This document shows, piece by piece, positions 1 through 10,020 of a stretch of 64,000 nt of DNA (its first letter is position 1; each line of letters opens with the position of its first letter). The notes below the pieces were generated by a model, which was not told the origin of the DNA, made no database searches, and worked only from the letters and a program-made list of their open reading frames with translations. Both the position numbers and the translations under genes were made by a program. This DNA comes from Escherichia phage MN04: sequence record MT129654.1; one strand, 5' to 3'.

Positions 1-1
1 G

Positions 2-181
2 ACTCTTGCCGGACAAGACTGGAAAACTGATGACCCAGATAGCCCGTATTATTTGCACCGATATACACTTCAAAAAATGATTACCGATTATCCGGAGGTT
101 GATGTACAAGAATCTCGTAATGGTCGAATTATTCATCGCACCGCTTTAGAAGCTGGTATTATATACGATTACGTTTATTAA
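2..181 (+). CDS. 3' fragment of a gene truncated by the window edge (hypothetical)
   Basis: Open frame from window start to TAA at 179-181; followed by a GC hairpin. Confidence 0.3.
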   Translation, partial: TLAGQDWKTDDPDSPYYLHRYTLQKMITDYPEVDVQESRNGRIIHRTALEAGIIYDYVY

Positions 182-185
182 TTAA

Positions 186-206
186 GGGCCGCAAGGCCCA
201 TTTTGC
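186..206 (+). terminator. Rho-independent terminator hairpin (GGGCC-GCAA-GGCCC then T-rich)
   Basis: Perfect 5-bp GC stem with GCAA loop followed by ATTTTG. Confidence 0.5.
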
Positions 207-225
207 ATTAAAGTACAAAATTCCT

Positions 226-255
226 GTTTACAAGTTAAAAATTCTATGTTAAGAT
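226..255 (+). promoter_or_regulatory. T4-type early promoter candidate (GTTTAC -35, TAAGAT -10)
   Basis: GTTTAC at 226, 17-bp spacer, -10-like hexamer, about 30 nt before ATG 286. Confidence 0.4.
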
Positions 256-285
256 GAGTTTTACCGACTCAACGAGAGAATTGTT

Positions 286-495
286 ATGGATAAGGTTAAA
301 GTACATTTTTTACACGAATCTGGGTTGAATTTTATAGAAATTGCTAAAAAAATGGGCGGGACCGCTAAGGACATGGCCAAAGCATGGGTTGATGTAGAAC
401 AAGCCAAGGCCAAATTTAAAGCGAAAGAAAAGGTTGTTTATCGTAAAAGATTGAACAACAAGGTTCGGCGCAAAGCGCGTTCTGGTTCAAAGTAA
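286..495 (+). CDS. Small basic protein with helix-turn-helix-like segment (hypothetical)
   Basis: 69 aa ORF; HTH-like 'LNFIEIAKKMGGTAKDMAKAW'; Lys/Arg-rich tail. Confidence 0.45.
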   Translation: MDKVKVHFLHESGLNFIEIAKKMGGTAKDMAKAWVDVEQAKAKFKAKEKVVYRKRLNNKVRRKARSGSK

Positions 496-498
496 TAT

Positions 499-523
499 GC
501 TTTAAATTTAGGTGTGTTATAAT
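499..523 (+). promoter_or_regulatory. MotA-dependent middle promoter candidate for rnlB
   Basis: MotA box GCTTTA 499-504, 13-bp spacer, TATAAT 518-523; conserved GGGTCTAGGTCCTT downstream. Confidence 0.5.
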
Positions 524-609
524 GGGTCTAGGTCCTTCCGTTAAACCATTTGGCTTGGTGACAGAAGACTACTAGCTCTTCTATTTAATTATATTTATTA
601 TGGTGATTT

Positions 610-1614
610 ATGTTCAAGAAATATAGCAGTCTCGAAAACCACTACAACAGTAAGTTTATCGAAAAACTCCGTACTAACGGTTTGACTGGTGGTGAATGGG
701 TAGCACGTGAGAAGATTCATGGAACCAACTTTAGTTTAATCATAGAACGTGACGCAGTCACATGCGCCAAGCGCACTGGCCCTATCCTCCCTGCTGAAGA
801 TTTCTATGGTTATGAAATTGTACTCAAGAACTATGCTGATTCTATTAAATCCGTTCAACATCTAATTGAATCGATTAATTACCAGTCATACCAGATTTAT
901 GGCGAATTCGCTGGGCCAGGTATCCAGAAGAATGTGGACTACGGTGATAAAGACTTTTATGTGTTCGATATCCGAGTTACTAAGGAAGATGGCACTGAAT
1001 CTGTTCTAACCGATACATTGATGGAAGCCTTCTGTATTATCCATAAGTTTAAGGTAGCCCCATGTCTGGCCACTGGTAGCTTTGAAGACCTTATTAAATT
1101 ACCTAATGACTTTGATTCGGTTGTTCCTGATTATAATTTTGCAGTGGATAACGCAGGCTTAACTATTGCTAACTCAACCGATTTTATTCCTAAGGTTGAA
1201 GGTAAAGTATTCACGGCTGAAGGCTTTGTACTTAAACCTGATATTCCTACCTGGCTTCCTAATGGAAATCGTGTAGCGATTAAATGTAAGAACTCTAAAT
1301 TCAGCGAGAAGAAAAAGTCTGATAAGCCTATTAAAGCTGCAGTGGTTTTATCCCAAGATGATATGGATTTGATGTGGCAATTCACTGATTATGTGACTGT
1401 TAACCGCATTAATAATGTCATCAGTAAGATTGGTGAAGTATCTAAAAAGGATTTTGGAAAGGTAATGGGCTTGACAGTTCAAGATATCCTTGAAGAAGCT
1501 GCCCGTGAAGAATTAGAATTAACTGATGCCGAAAATCCTGTTGAAGTTAAAAAGCAGCTCGTTGAGTGCGTAAAAGATACCTTACGAGCCGTATGGATTG
1601 AATTAGTGTCATAA
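610..1614 (+). CDS. rnlB: RNA ligase 2 (Rnl2)
   Basis: 334 aa; N-terminus [20 protein letters not shown] and KIHGTNF lysine-adenylylation motif as in T4 Rnl2; convergent with gene 24 as in T4. Confidence 0.9.
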   Translation: MFKKYSSLENHYNSKFIEKLRTNGLTGGEWVAREKIHGTNFSLIIERDAVTCAKRTGPILPAEDFYGYEIVLKNYADSIKSVQHLIESINYQSYQIYGEFAGPGIQKNVDYGDKDFYVFDIRVTKEDGTESVLTDTLMEAFCIIHKFKVAPCLATGSFEDLIKLPNDFDSVVPDYNFAVDNAGLTIANSTDFIPKVEGKVFTAEGFVLKPDIPTWLPNGNRVAIKCKNSKFSEKKKSDKPIKAAVVLSQDDMDLMWQFTDYVTVNRINNVISKIGEVSKKDFGKVMGLTVQDILEEAAREELELTDAENPVEVKKQLVECVKDTLRAVWIELVS

Positions 1615-1620
1615 GACGAC

Positions 1621-1646
1621 AAAGGGACCTTACGGTCCCTTTTTAG
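1621..1646. terminator. Bidirectional terminator between convergent rnlB and gp24 paralog
   Basis: AAAGGGACC-TTAC-GGTCCCTTT hairpin with flanking T/A runs. Confidence 0.6.
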
Positions 1647-2926
1647 TTTTTATCCAATGGAGGAAGTTTTACACCAAGATAAGAACTCAATTGACTTTGA
1701 TTAGCCATTTTGTCCATATCCGCACCATCAATAATACGAGCTTCTTTGTCGTCTTTAGCGACGGTATAAGGATTCGCAGTCAATGCATACCGAGCCAATA
1801 AAGATATGGTAGGTTGCAATGAATCCGGGTCTACAATAACCTTGAATTCACCTACTGAAGTATCACCTTCATCATCAACCTCTTCGAGCCCTTCCGTATA
1901 AGGCGCATAATACAAAGATGCGACCGTCTGCCCTTCACCCATCTGAGCATTTACACCGACAATAACATAATCACACGGGCTATTCATATCAGCATAAAGT
2001 GGTAGACCGTTCTTTAATACGCCATAAGCTAATTCGTCTTGGTCTTCTTTTTTCTCAACCCAACCGGATGCAGCTAAAATAGCAGCGCAGCGAGAAGAAG
2101 CTACTGCATAAGTACCTGCAAACGAAGTCTGGCGTTGAACAGCAGAATTCATTTCACACATATAGTAATACAAGGTACGTGCTCGGTCTTGGGCGTTATC
2201 GTATTGTGGGTCTGTTAAGTTCAAGACACCTTTCTCAGAAACTCCTTGGACTTTAAAACGAGAACTTACCGTAATTAAGGACTGTAATACGTCTTTATTA
2301 ATTTCTTCAGCCATTTGAATAGCCAAAATATTGTCTATAAAGTCCGGTGCATTAAACCCGTTGGATTCTAAATCCTGGGCCAGTTCCACAGTCAAAGAAG
2401 TTTTAAGTTTACGCGATTTAACTTCAGTCTGCCACTTATCAATACGGAACCCTGCTTCAGCAATCTCAGGATGACCTTTTTCAAATTTATTGGTAAAGGC
2501 TGCATCAGACATCATACGAATATGGCCCGCGGCAATAGCTTCTGAAATAACTTCACTCAAATCGGTTTCAGTTGTTCCTGCAAACGGAGAAGCTTCTAAT
2601 ACCTTGAAAACCACACTTTCGAATTGGAACATATCGCCAACAGCATATGCTTCGTCTTTATCGGTGAACTCAGGAATGTTTTTACGTTCGAACATACCAA
2701 TTTCGCCTGCAAAAGTGGCTCCGCCGAGATAAGTCATTTTATCGTCTGGGTTTAAAACACGGACACCATATAATGCTGCAACAGGTTGAGTAGTTTTTTG
2801 TTCAGCAACAAGGGCTTTAAAAATTCTTTTATTAGTTGCCTGGGTATATGAAAGAAGATTAGGACGGGCGACCTGGTTGGCCGCCGTCAAAGTTGATTCT
2901 TGTATTAATGCATTAATCTTTTTCAT
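1643..2926 (-). CDS. gp24: Head vertex protein gp24, divergent second paralog
   Basis: 427 aa; clearly paralogous to adjacent gp24 (shared KSRKLKT, ELAQD, NKDVLQSLITVS, NPYTVAKDDKEAR); start ATG abuts upstream stop (TAAATG). Confidence 0.8.
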   Translation of the reverse strand: MKKINALIQESTLTAANQVARPNLLSYTQATNKRIFKALVAEQKTTQPVAALYGVRVLNPDDKMTYLGGATFAGEIGMFERKNIPEFTDKDEAYAVGDMFQFESVVFKVLEASPFAGTTETDLSEVISEAIAAGHIRMMSDAAFTNKFEKGHPEIAEAGFRIDKWQTEVKSRKLKTSLTVELAQDLESNGFNAPDFIDNILAIQMAEEINKDVLQSLITVSSRFKVQGVSEKGVLNLTDPQYDNAQDRARTLYYYMCEMNSAVQRQTSFAGTYAVASSRCAAILAASGWVEKKEDQDELAYGVLKNGLPLYADMNSPCDYVIVGVNAQMGEGQTVASLYYAPYTEGLEEVDDEGDTSVGEFKVIVDPDSLQPTISLLARYALTANPYTVAKDDKEARIIDGADMDKMANQSQLSSYLGVKLPPLDKN

Positions 2927-4207
2927 TTATGCCTCGTAAATAATCGGAGGAAGTTTAACACCAAGCAGATAAGACATGTTACTCTGACCTGCCATTAAAT
3001 CCATATTAGTTGCGTCTATAACACGAGCTTCTTTATCATCTTTAGCAACGGTATATGGGTTTGCTGAAAGTGCATAACGAACCATCAGAGAAATAGCCGG
3101 TTGTAAACTATCAGGGTCTACAATAACTTTATACGCACCAACATGTTCTTGGTCGTCTAAATCCAGACCTTCGGTATACGGAGCATAGAAAATAGAACCA
3201 ACTACTTCATTACCGCCGTAATCTTCTTTAACGCCTACGATAACATAATCTAAAGGACTATTAACATCACAGAATACAGGCAATCCATTAATCAAATAAC
3301 CGTAAGCAGTTTCTGGGAGCCAAGCTTCATCTTCTGGTTTATGTTTCAACCAACCTGAACCAGCGAGCATAGCAGCAGCACGACTAGATGCGACAACAAA
3401 CGTACCTGAATAAGAAGTGGTTTTCTGAATTTCAGAATTCATCTCACAAACCATTTCATATAATTTACGTGCACTTTCTGGGGCGGAATTATAGGACAAA
3501 TCAATAATACCATTATCAGATACACCAGTTACTTTGTAACGTTTAGATACGGTAATCAAGGATTGTAGTACGTCTTTATTGATTTCATCAGCCATTACAG
3601 TGGCTAAAAGGTCTTCTAAGAACGCAGGGGCGTCGAAGCCATTGGATTCCATGTCTTGGGCTAGTTCTACAGTCAAAGCGGTTTTAAGTTTACGAGACTT
3701 AACAGGTGCGTTCCATTTATTAACCTGGAATACTGCATTACTAATTTCAACATCACCTGCTTCGAATTTCTCTGTGTGAGCCGCATCAGGAACCAGACGA
3801 CATGTTAATGACACCAAACCTTCTTGAAGGGCCTCAGCCAATTCTGTAGCGCTAGTGGATGCGAGTGGGCTTGCTTGAAGAGCCTTATAAACTATGTTCT
3901 GATACTTGAAATATTCACCCTTGGCAATAGCCTGGGCCTTATCTGTGAGTTCTGGGATAGTTTCACGGTCTTTAGAACCAACTTCACCGCCATAAACGGC
4001 ACCAGTTTGGAAGCTAAATTCATTATCAGGAGTAAGATATTTGACACCATACAATGCAGCAATAGGCTGGCTAGTACGTTGTTCAGCAATAATATCACGG
4101 TAAATCAATTTGGTTGTAGCACGGGTCAAAGCAACAAGATTAGGGCGACCCAATGAGTTGCTAGAAGTAGTTGTTGACTCGCGCAGTAATTCGTTAATCT
4201 TTGCCAT
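2927..4207 (-). CDS. gp24: Head vertex protein gp24
   Basis: 426 aa; MAKINELLRESTTT N-terminus and overall match to T4 gp24; adjacent to gp23. Confidence 0.85.
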   Translation of the reverse strand: MAKINELLRESTTTSSNSLGRPNLVALTRATTKLIYRDIIAEQRTSQPIAALYGVKYLTPDNEFSFQTGAVYGGEVGSKDRETIPELTDKAQAIAKGEYFKYQNIVYKALQASPLASTSATELAEALQEGLVSLTCRLVPDAAHTEKFEAGDVEISNAVFQVNKWNAPVKSRKLKTALTVELAQDMESNGFDAPAFLEDLLATVMADEINKDVLQSLITVSKRYKVTGVSDNGIIDLSYNSAPESARKLYEMVCEMNSEIQKTTSYSGTFVVASSRAAAMLAGSGWLKHKPEDEAWLPETAYGYLINGLPVFCDVNSPLDYVIVGVKEDYGGNEVVGSIFYAPYTEGLDLDDQEHVGAYKVIVDPDSLQPAISLMVRYALSANPYTVAKDDKEARVIDATNMDLMAGQSNMSYLLGVKLPPIIYEA

Positions 4208-4235
4208 TGCGCTTTCCTTATTGAGGGTATATGTT

Positions 4236-4243
4236 TATTTATA
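4236..4243 (-). promoter_or_regulatory. Late promoter TATAAATA for gp24
   Basis: TATAAATA on minus strand about 30 nt upstream of gp24 ATG (4207). Confidence 0.6.
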
Positions 4244-4249
4244 AAAGTT

Positions 4250-4290
4250 GTTTACAGCAAGGTTATCACATGTTACTATAGACCTATCAA
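4250..4290 (+). promoter_or_regulatory. Early promoter module (GTTTACA ... TACTATAGACCTATCAA)
   Basis: GTTTACA at 4250; conserved TATAGACCTATCAAAACA box shared with more than 8 other copies in window. Confidence 0.6.
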
Positions 4291-4308
4291 AACATGAGGA
4301 GATTAAAA

Positions 4309-4575
4309 ATGAACAAGTTAAACTTTATTCGTACTACTCTTTCCGCTCTTGATAAAGACATCAAAGCCCTGGTAGAAAAATATGGTTCCAATCCTAACGG
4401 TAATGCAGTGAATGCACTAGTTAAGAAATACGAAGCCATGGCTTATGCTACCGACTTCTGGTGGAACGGTGAATACTCTACCCATACCAAAGACAAATCT
4501 GGTAACTGGCTGAAAATCCAAGAAAATCGTATTGACTTCCGTGATATCATCAACCGTCGTGTTAAGATTGCATAG
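4309..4575 (+). CDS. Hypothetical 88 aa protein, early-promoter driven, inside the late capsid module
   Basis: ATG 4309 with GAGGAG RBS; track ORF 4294 is a 5-codon extension; flanked by promoter and terminator hairpin. Confidence 0.5.
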   Translation: MNKLNFIRTTLSALDKDIKALVEKYGSNPNGNAVNALVKKYEAMAYATDFWWNGEYSTHTKDKSGNWLKIQENRIDFRDIINRRVKIA

Positions 4576-4588
4576 TATAGAAACAAGA

Positions 4589-4610
4589 ATGGGAGACCGA
4601 AGTCTCCCAT
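4589..4610. terminator. Bidirectional terminator hairpin (ATGGGAGAC-CGAA-GTCTCCCAT)
   Basis: 9-bp stem between stop of ORF 4309-4575 and stop of gp23. Confidence 0.55.
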
Positions 4611-4623
4611 AATAAGGTTTATA

Positions 4624-6183
4624 TTAGATACCTTTAACATATACGCGACGGAAGTAACCATTCAGACCGAGGCTGTTAACGATGTCAGGCATACCATTCT
4701 GAATACGTTTGGTAGGTGCCTGAGCAGCTGGGTCAGCGAACGGGTTAATACCGATACCGTAACGAGTTTTGAAGCCCATTACCGGTTGGAAGTTCTTCGG
4801 ATCGGAACCACGCAGCGGAGTCAGCGCAACGTACGGAGCATAGTAGATACCTGCGTCCATTTCGTTGGAACCTTTATAACCGATGGTGAAGTAATCGGAA
4901 CGAGCATACTGGTCGATGTAAACACGATATTTACCACCAAGAACACCGGCAAATACTGCTTTGGTTGTGTCAACGTTGAAACCCTGACCCAGACCTTGAG
5001 CTGCATAACTTACAGAAGTATCAACTGCAGCCAGTACGTTAACTACGTTACGGGAAGCGATGATGAAGTTACCAGCACCACGACCGGTCTGACGAGCGAT
5101 TTCGGCTGCTTCTTTATCAATCTGGAACAGAAGGGCTTTAAAGCTCTCACCGGCCCAACGAGCACCACGGATATCAATCGGGTCCTGGAAGTCAAACACA
5201 CCAGCTTTAGCGCCAACGGTGTTGGTCATACCAGATTTACCAACCTGTGCAGAGTAGTTAATCCAATCGATAACTTCACGGTTGATTTCGAGCATAATTT
5301 CGGTAGCAAGGATACCGGACAGTTCAGCATCTGCATCCATACCGTGTACTGCACGAAGGTCCTGTGCCAGTTCGATAGAGTAGCTTGCTTTCAGCTGACG
5401 AGATTTAGCTTCGATAACTTGTTTGTCGATGCGGAAGCCCATTTCGTTCCACGGGTTATCGGTAGAACCGTTGAAACCTTCCTGAAGTTCGGCGATAGAA
5501 GTAGCCATACCTTCAGCGATTTCAGCCAGCTGACCAGCTTCAACCAGAGCGGTAACAGCAGCATCCAGTTTAGCGGCATCAGTAGCGCCTGCATCAACGG
5601 TTACAGCTTCAACAGCCTGGAAGTGTGCAGAACCGGTAGCTTCGAAGAAGTGAGAATAAATTTTACCAACTTCCAGAACTTTGCTTGCAGCCAGTGCTTC
5701 GAAAGTTTCAGCAGCACCCTGACCAGAGAACATAGCGTTCGGAGCATACATCGGATGGAAAGCTTCTTTAGCGCCTGCAGCGATAGGGTCTTTACCATAT
5801 ACTGCACGCAGTGCAAATACCTGACCGGTAGGGTTATTCAGAGGCTGAACACCACAAATATCAAAAGCAATCAGATGAGGAATAGCACGACGAACCATAC
5901 CCATTACTGCCGGCCCAATCTGAGTTACAGCACCAGAAGTCTGGCCAGCTGCGATATTGGTAGCATCATAACCGTGGTCACCACCAATTTCAGCTTCGGT
6001 CAGGAAAGAACCAAATGCTTCAGAGATTTTTTCATCACGGTATTCCGGGGCAGTCAGGATGTCTTGTTCCTGGTTTTCGAAAATTTTAGCGATGATAGCT
6101 TGTTTAGAAGCACCAACGATTTCAGGAAGAGCTTCGTTTTCCAGCAGAGCGGACCATTTTTGAACTAATGCATTCTTTTTCAT
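4624..6183 (-). CDS. gp23: Major capsid protein gp23
   Basis: 519 aa; N-terminal propeptide and body closely match T4 gp23. Confidence 0.95.
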   Translation of the reverse strand: MKKNALVQKWSALLENEALPEIVGASKQAIIAKIFENQEQDILTAPEYRDEKISEAFGSFLTEAEIGGDHGYDATNIAAGQTSGAVTQIGPAVMGMVRRAIPHLIAFDICGVQPLNNPTGQVFALRAVYGKDPIAAGAKEAFHPMYAPNAMFSGQGAAETFEALAASKVLEVGKIYSHFFEATGSAHFQAVEAVTVDAGATDAAKLDAAVTALVEAGQLAEIAEGMATSIAELQEGFNGSTDNPWNEMGFRIDKQVIEAKSRQLKASYSIELAQDLRAVHGMDADAELSGILATEIMLEINREVIDWINYSAQVGKSGMTNTVGAKAGVFDFQDPIDIRGARWAGESFKALLFQIDKEAAEIARQTGRGAGNFIIASRNVVNVLAAVDTSVSYAAQGLGQGFNVDTTKAVFAGVLGGKYRVYIDQYARSDYFTIGYKGSNEMDAGIYYAPYVALTPLRGSDPKNFQPVMGFKTRYGIGINPFADPAAQAPTKRIQNGMPDIVNSLGLNGYFRRVYVKGI

Positions 6184-6204
6184 GTGTTGTATAACCTTAT
6201 TAAA

Positions 6205-7020
6205 TTAAGAAATTCGAGATGCTGCGATTGCAGACAGGTCCGCGAAGGACAGGGTAGGCTTAGTGCCTTTTTCTTCAACTGCTTCCGAAATATAATTCAG
6301 TGCTGCAGCATCGTCTTCAGTTTTATTTATAGCGGCTTCGGTGATTGGTTTTTCAACGTCAGTCTGGCCTTTAACCATTTCAACGATAGCGCCAATTTTT
6401 TTACCAAATGCATCGGAATAATCCATGCCTTCTACCAGAGAACTAACTTTTTCTTTCTGAGATTCAGTCAGGTCTTTAGTTGCTTCAGTCAACGCAACTT
6501 CACGCTGTACGTAATTAATATATGCATCACGCTTACCAACTTCTTCGAACAGACGAGCGGTTTCATCTTTCTGCTCTTGGAGTTCTTCTTCCATTTCAGC
6601 AACAACATCCACTGCTTCTTCTGGAACAACCACATTGTGTTCAACAAACAGTTCTTTCATACCCATCAACATGGATTCGAACAGTTCGGCTTTAATACCT
6701 TTATCAACAGCCAGCTGGTTTTCAGCCATCCATTCTTTAGCAACGTGGTCAAGGAAACGACCAGCAGCTTCTTGGATTTTCTTATCAGCTTTTTCTTCAG
6801 CTTCTTCTTTATTTTTCTCAACTTCTTCTTCCGCTTTTTCAGCGATTTTAGCGATGTGAGATTCAGCCAGTTTAACGGCGTGTTGCTTGACGGTAGCTTC
6901 GAATACAGTGCCGAAAGTTTCTTTTGCTTCCGGAGAAATATTAACTGATTCGAAAATACTGTCAAGAGCAACGGAAGCATCAATATTCTGTGCTTCGGCG
7001 ATCAGTTGTTCTTTAAGCAT
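6205..7020 (-). CDS. gp22: Prohead core scaffold protein gp22
   Basis: 271 aa acidic, helical, Glu/Lys-rich; T4 position between 21 and 23. Confidence 0.8.
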   Translation of the reverse strand: MLKEQLIAEAQNIDASVALDSIFESVNISPEAKETFGTVFEATVKQHAVKLAESHIAKIAEKAEEEVEKNKEEAEEKADKKIQEAAGRFLDHVAKEWMAENQLAVDKGIKAELFESMLMGMKELFVEHNVVVPEEAVDVVAEMEEELQEQKDETARLFEEVGKRDAYINYVQREVALTEATKDLTESQKEKVSSLVEGMDYSDAFGKKIGAIVEMVKGQTDVEKPITEAAINKTEDDAAALNYISEAVEEKGTKPTLSFADLSAIAASRIS

Positions 7021-7047
7021 TTTGTAGTCCTGTTGTTTAGATAATAA

Positions 7048-7055
7048 TATTTATA
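7048..7055 (-). promoter_or_regulatory. Late promoter TATAAATA for gp22
   Basis: TATAAATA on minus strand overlapping gp21 stop, about 28 nt upstream of gp22 ATG. Confidence 0.55.
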
Positions 7056-7686
7056 ACGCTTTTTTCATGGCCTCTGCGAGAGCCATAAAGGCGTCATCGG
7101 CACTGGTATCGGTATCTACCGTTTGTGATTCTGTAATTTGTTTAGGAGTTACATAAGCATCAGGAGCAGATGGACCCCATACTGCATCAACACCGACGGT
7201 TAATTTATAACCTTCGTTTACACGCTTATATCCTTTATTGGTTTCGGTTAAAGAACCTAGACCACGAGAACTAACACCAGGCACCCAACCGGCTCTAATA
7301 TTAGCAGCTAGTTTATCACCAGGACCATGGTCGCCTTCAATAATACGAGCACGTCCATAAACGTCATTACCTTTCCACCACATATCTTCAATAATAATAG
7401 CGGCTTGCATAGGGTCGACGTTAGCACGAGGCGGATGATTTAATTCTCCTAAAGCTTGTTTAGTAGCAACCTGTTCTGCCATATAATCGGCAACAGCTTT
7501 TTCCAAAATAGGTTTTGGATAAAGGCGTTTATTACGGTTAACCACTTCGGCTTGCATGAATATGCCTTCTATATAAAGGCCCGGGGCAAGTCCAGAATCT
7601 TTTCCATCATGAGATTCCAACATCGGAACCCCATCGATAATTTCACCTGGTTGTCCCCAATGTTCGATGAGCAATTCAGGTTTCAT
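7051..7686 (-). CDS. gp21: Prohead protease gp21
   Basis: 211 aa; size and position match T4 gp21. Confidence 0.85.
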   Translation of the reverse strand: MKPELLIEHWGQPGEIIDGVPMLESHDGKDSGLAPGLYIEGIFMQAEVVNRNKRLYPKPILEKAVADYMAEQVATKQALGELNHPPRANVDPMQAAIIIEDMWWKGNDVYGRARIIEGDHGPGDKLAANIRAGWVPGVSSRGLGSLTETNKGYKRVNEGYKLTVGVDAVWGPSAPDAYVTPKQITESQTVDTDTSADDAFMALAEAMKKAL

Positions 7687-8114
7687 TAGTTAAGTCCAAA
7701 GGCTTTACGTTTAGAACGAGCTTTCTTACGCTTACGTTCAGCACGTACTTGAGTAGACGGGTTAGCACGTTTGGTTTTAGATGCTTTGCGAGCAATCTGA
7801 CGGCGTTTTGCTTTAGACAACCCAGTCGTTTGATAAGCGTTGCGTTGACGGGTTTTAATATCTTTAGTACGAGTAAGCTCACCTTTAGAAGAGACGTGCT
7901 TAACGATAAATTCGTTAAGAGCCATATTTTCATTCAAAGAGGCGATGGCAATAGCTGTATCGATATCACCATCAGCAATCATGTTCTCTACAAGATTATT
8001 TATATCGCTTTTCTCGAGGGCTTCAGAAAGAGTAGCAAAACGTCCCTGTGCTTCTGGAATTTTGGCCTCTACGCTTTCTAGAGTTAATTCGTAATCATCA
8101 GGGATAAGGAACAT
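7686..8114 (-). CDS. gp68: Prohead core protein gp68
   Basis: 142 aa; T4 order 20-67-68-21; basic C-terminus. Confidence 0.65.
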   Translation of the reverse strand: MFLIPDDYELTLESVEAKIPEAQGRFATLSEALEKSDINNLVENMIADGDIDTAIAIASLNENMALNEFIVKHVSSKGELTRTKDIKTRQRNAYQTTGLSKAKRRQIARKASKTKRANPSTQVRAERKRKKARSKRKAFGLN

Positions 8115-8389
8115 TATTCGTCGTCCTCGTCGTCTTCATCATCGTCATCACCTTCATCCGCATCGTCAGATTCTTTTTTGTCTTTCTTATCTGCTTTATC
8201 GGATTTTTCGTCTTTATCTTCGTCTTCGTCATCTTCGTCGGCTTCTTCGCCTTCAATCATAACGGAGCGAGCAATTTCTGCTTTACGGGCTTCAATCAAA
8301 GCGGCTACTCGAGATTCGATAAGCGGGCCTGCTGCTTTACGAACTGCTACGAGGTCGTTTGATTTAATAGCTTCGATTAAATCTTCCAT
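8114..8389 (-). CDS. gp67: Prohead core protein gp67
   Basis: 91 aa with poly-acidic Asp/Glu tail; T4 synteny. Confidence 0.65.
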   Translation of the reverse strand: MEDLIEAIKSNDLVAVRKAAGPLIESRVAALIEARKAEIARSVMIEGEEADEDDEDEDKDEKSDKADKKDKKESDDADEGDDDDEDDEDDE

Positions 8390-9963
8390 TAGAAATCCTC
8401 TTCTTCTTCATCTGGGTTTTGGAAACGAGCCTCTTTAGACTCTTCTTCAATTTGCTTAGCTTCTTGATTAATTTCTTCGTCAGTCATCTGAAGGAAATCT
8501 TTCATAGCCGTTTGATGTGAAATATACTTACCAATAAATGGTTCAGCCATCGTTAGCATATTGATTCTGCGTTCCATGATTTCCGCATCTTTCATTTCAC
8601 TGAAATAGCTATCACGGTTGAACGTAACTTTAATATTATTTATTTCTCTTTCCCACTCATCTTCTGTAATAATCTTTTTAAGAATGAGGTTTGTTTTTAA
8701 TGGGTCTAAGAAAATTTCTTCAAATTTATTTTGGAGCTGTCGAATCCATTTAGCAAATTTCAACTCATCGCGGGTGATTGCTGTACCAGCATCAAACATA
8801 ACACCGGAATTAGATTCACTAGGGATACGTGACTCTGGGATACGCAGCGCACGATAAAGTGCTGTGCGGAAATAAAGAACGTCATCCATATCACTCATAC
8901 CTGTGGCACCAGGCATGGTATCAACTTCTGTTACCGCTTTACCGTCTCGACGTTGCAACCAATAGTCTTCGGTCATTGACATATTATGTTGCTGGTTTTT
9001 AATTTTACCGGTCGAAGCATCATATACCACACGGTTTTTCATCGTGTTCATGATATGTTGCATTTGTGCTGCAGCCTTACGTGAAGGCATATTACCTGTA
9101 TCGATATAAAACACACGACGGTCGGGAGCACGTGTAATACGGTAGATGACCATTGCGTCTTCCATCAATTTAAGCTGGTTTGCAGGCTTAATAGCACGTT
9201 GCAAATAGCCAATGATGTTTTTACCACAACAATCTAATAATCCAGAATGTGCATAAACTACAGCAGCACGAGGAATTTTAACTTTAGTCCCAGCTGAATA
9301 AATGCGTCCGTCAGCACAATAACTTTCATGACCAGTATCGTAAACGAAAAACTCGCGGTACCCATCTACAATTTTAACACCATCTTCCATACGTGTAACA
9401 ATTTCACGAATATATTGGACTTGGCGCGGGTCTAAGCGTCGAAGCTCTTGTACGCCATCTTTCATTTTTTTAGGGTTTATAATTTTATGAAAGAATATTC
9501 TTGAGTCTACATACCAACGTTGGAAATGGTCGGTGCCTTTACGTTGGAAATTTAAAAGATTCAAAACTTCACTAAATTCAGCCAAAATTTTATCTTTAAT
9601 TGATTGACTGAAATCTGTCCCGTCTAAATTTAATGCAACTACTTCTTTATCATCCTCGTAGACAATAGCGTCAGACACAATTTCTTGAACTGCGTTATCG
9701 ACTTCATAGTTGTTCATCAAATTACGGTAGGTATCAATGAGTTCCCTGGTGTTTTTAACTTCAGGCTCATTACTACCAAACATTTGTTGCATAAGAGCGT
9801 TATAAGGAATATTTTGCTCTTGGGTTTCAATTTCGCGAGCGCCATCATCAAGCTTAGGTGCAGTGACAGACTCTAAATTGTTATTAATTTGTTGTTTATA
9901 TTCTTTTTCGTCTTCATTAGCCCATGGCTTAAGAAAACTTAATATTGTATTAAAGTTTGCCAT
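8389..9963 (-). CDS. gp20: Portal vertex protein gp20
   Basis: 524 aa, same length as T4 gp20; synteny. Confidence 0.9.
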   Translation of the reverse strand: MANFNTILSFLKPWANEDEKEYKQQINNNLESVTAPKLDDGAREIETQEQNIPYNALMQQMFGSNEPEVKNTRELIDTYRNLMNNYEVDNAVQEIVSDAIVYEDDKEVVALNLDGTDFSQSIKDKILAEFSEVLNLLNFQRKGTDHFQRWYVDSRIFFHKIINPKKMKDGVQELRRLDPRQVQYIREIVTRMEDGVKIVDGYREFFVYDTGHESYCADGRIYSAGTKVKIPRAAVVYAHSGLLDCCGKNIIGYLQRAIKPANQLKLMEDAMVIYRITRAPDRRVFYIDTGNMPSRKAAAQMQHIMNTMKNRVVYDASTGKIKNQQHNMSMTEDYWLQRRDGKAVTEVDTMPGATGMSDMDDVLYFRTALYRALRIPESRIPSESNSGVMFDAGTAITRDELKFAKWIRQLQNKFEEIFLDPLKTNLILKKIITEDEWEREINNIKVTFNRDSYFSEMKDAEIMERRINMLTMAEPFIGKYISHQTAMKDFLQMTDEEINQEAKQIEEESKEARFQNPDEEEEDF

Positions 9964-10011
9964 TAGAGTCTCCGATGAATGGGATAAGGAGCCGAAGCTC
10001 CTTTATAATTC

Positions 10012-10019
10012 TATTTATA
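10012..10019 (-). promoter_or_regulatory. Late promoter TATAAATA for gp20
   Basis: TATAAATA on minus strand just after gp19 stop; GGAGC-CGAA-GCTCC hairpin in 5' leader. Confidence 0.55.
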
Positions 10020-10020
10020 C

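Noticed and set aside
4786-6168. 460-aa plus-strand ORF antisense to gp23
   Set aside because: Lies entirely inside the strongly supported major capsid gene on the other strand; no promoter or RBS; low-complexity translation; typical antisense open frame
6184-6948. 254-aa Phe-rich plus-strand ORF antisense to gp22
   Set aside because: Mirror image of the Glu/Lys-rich scaffold gene (GAA/AAA codons read as TTC/TTT); no start context
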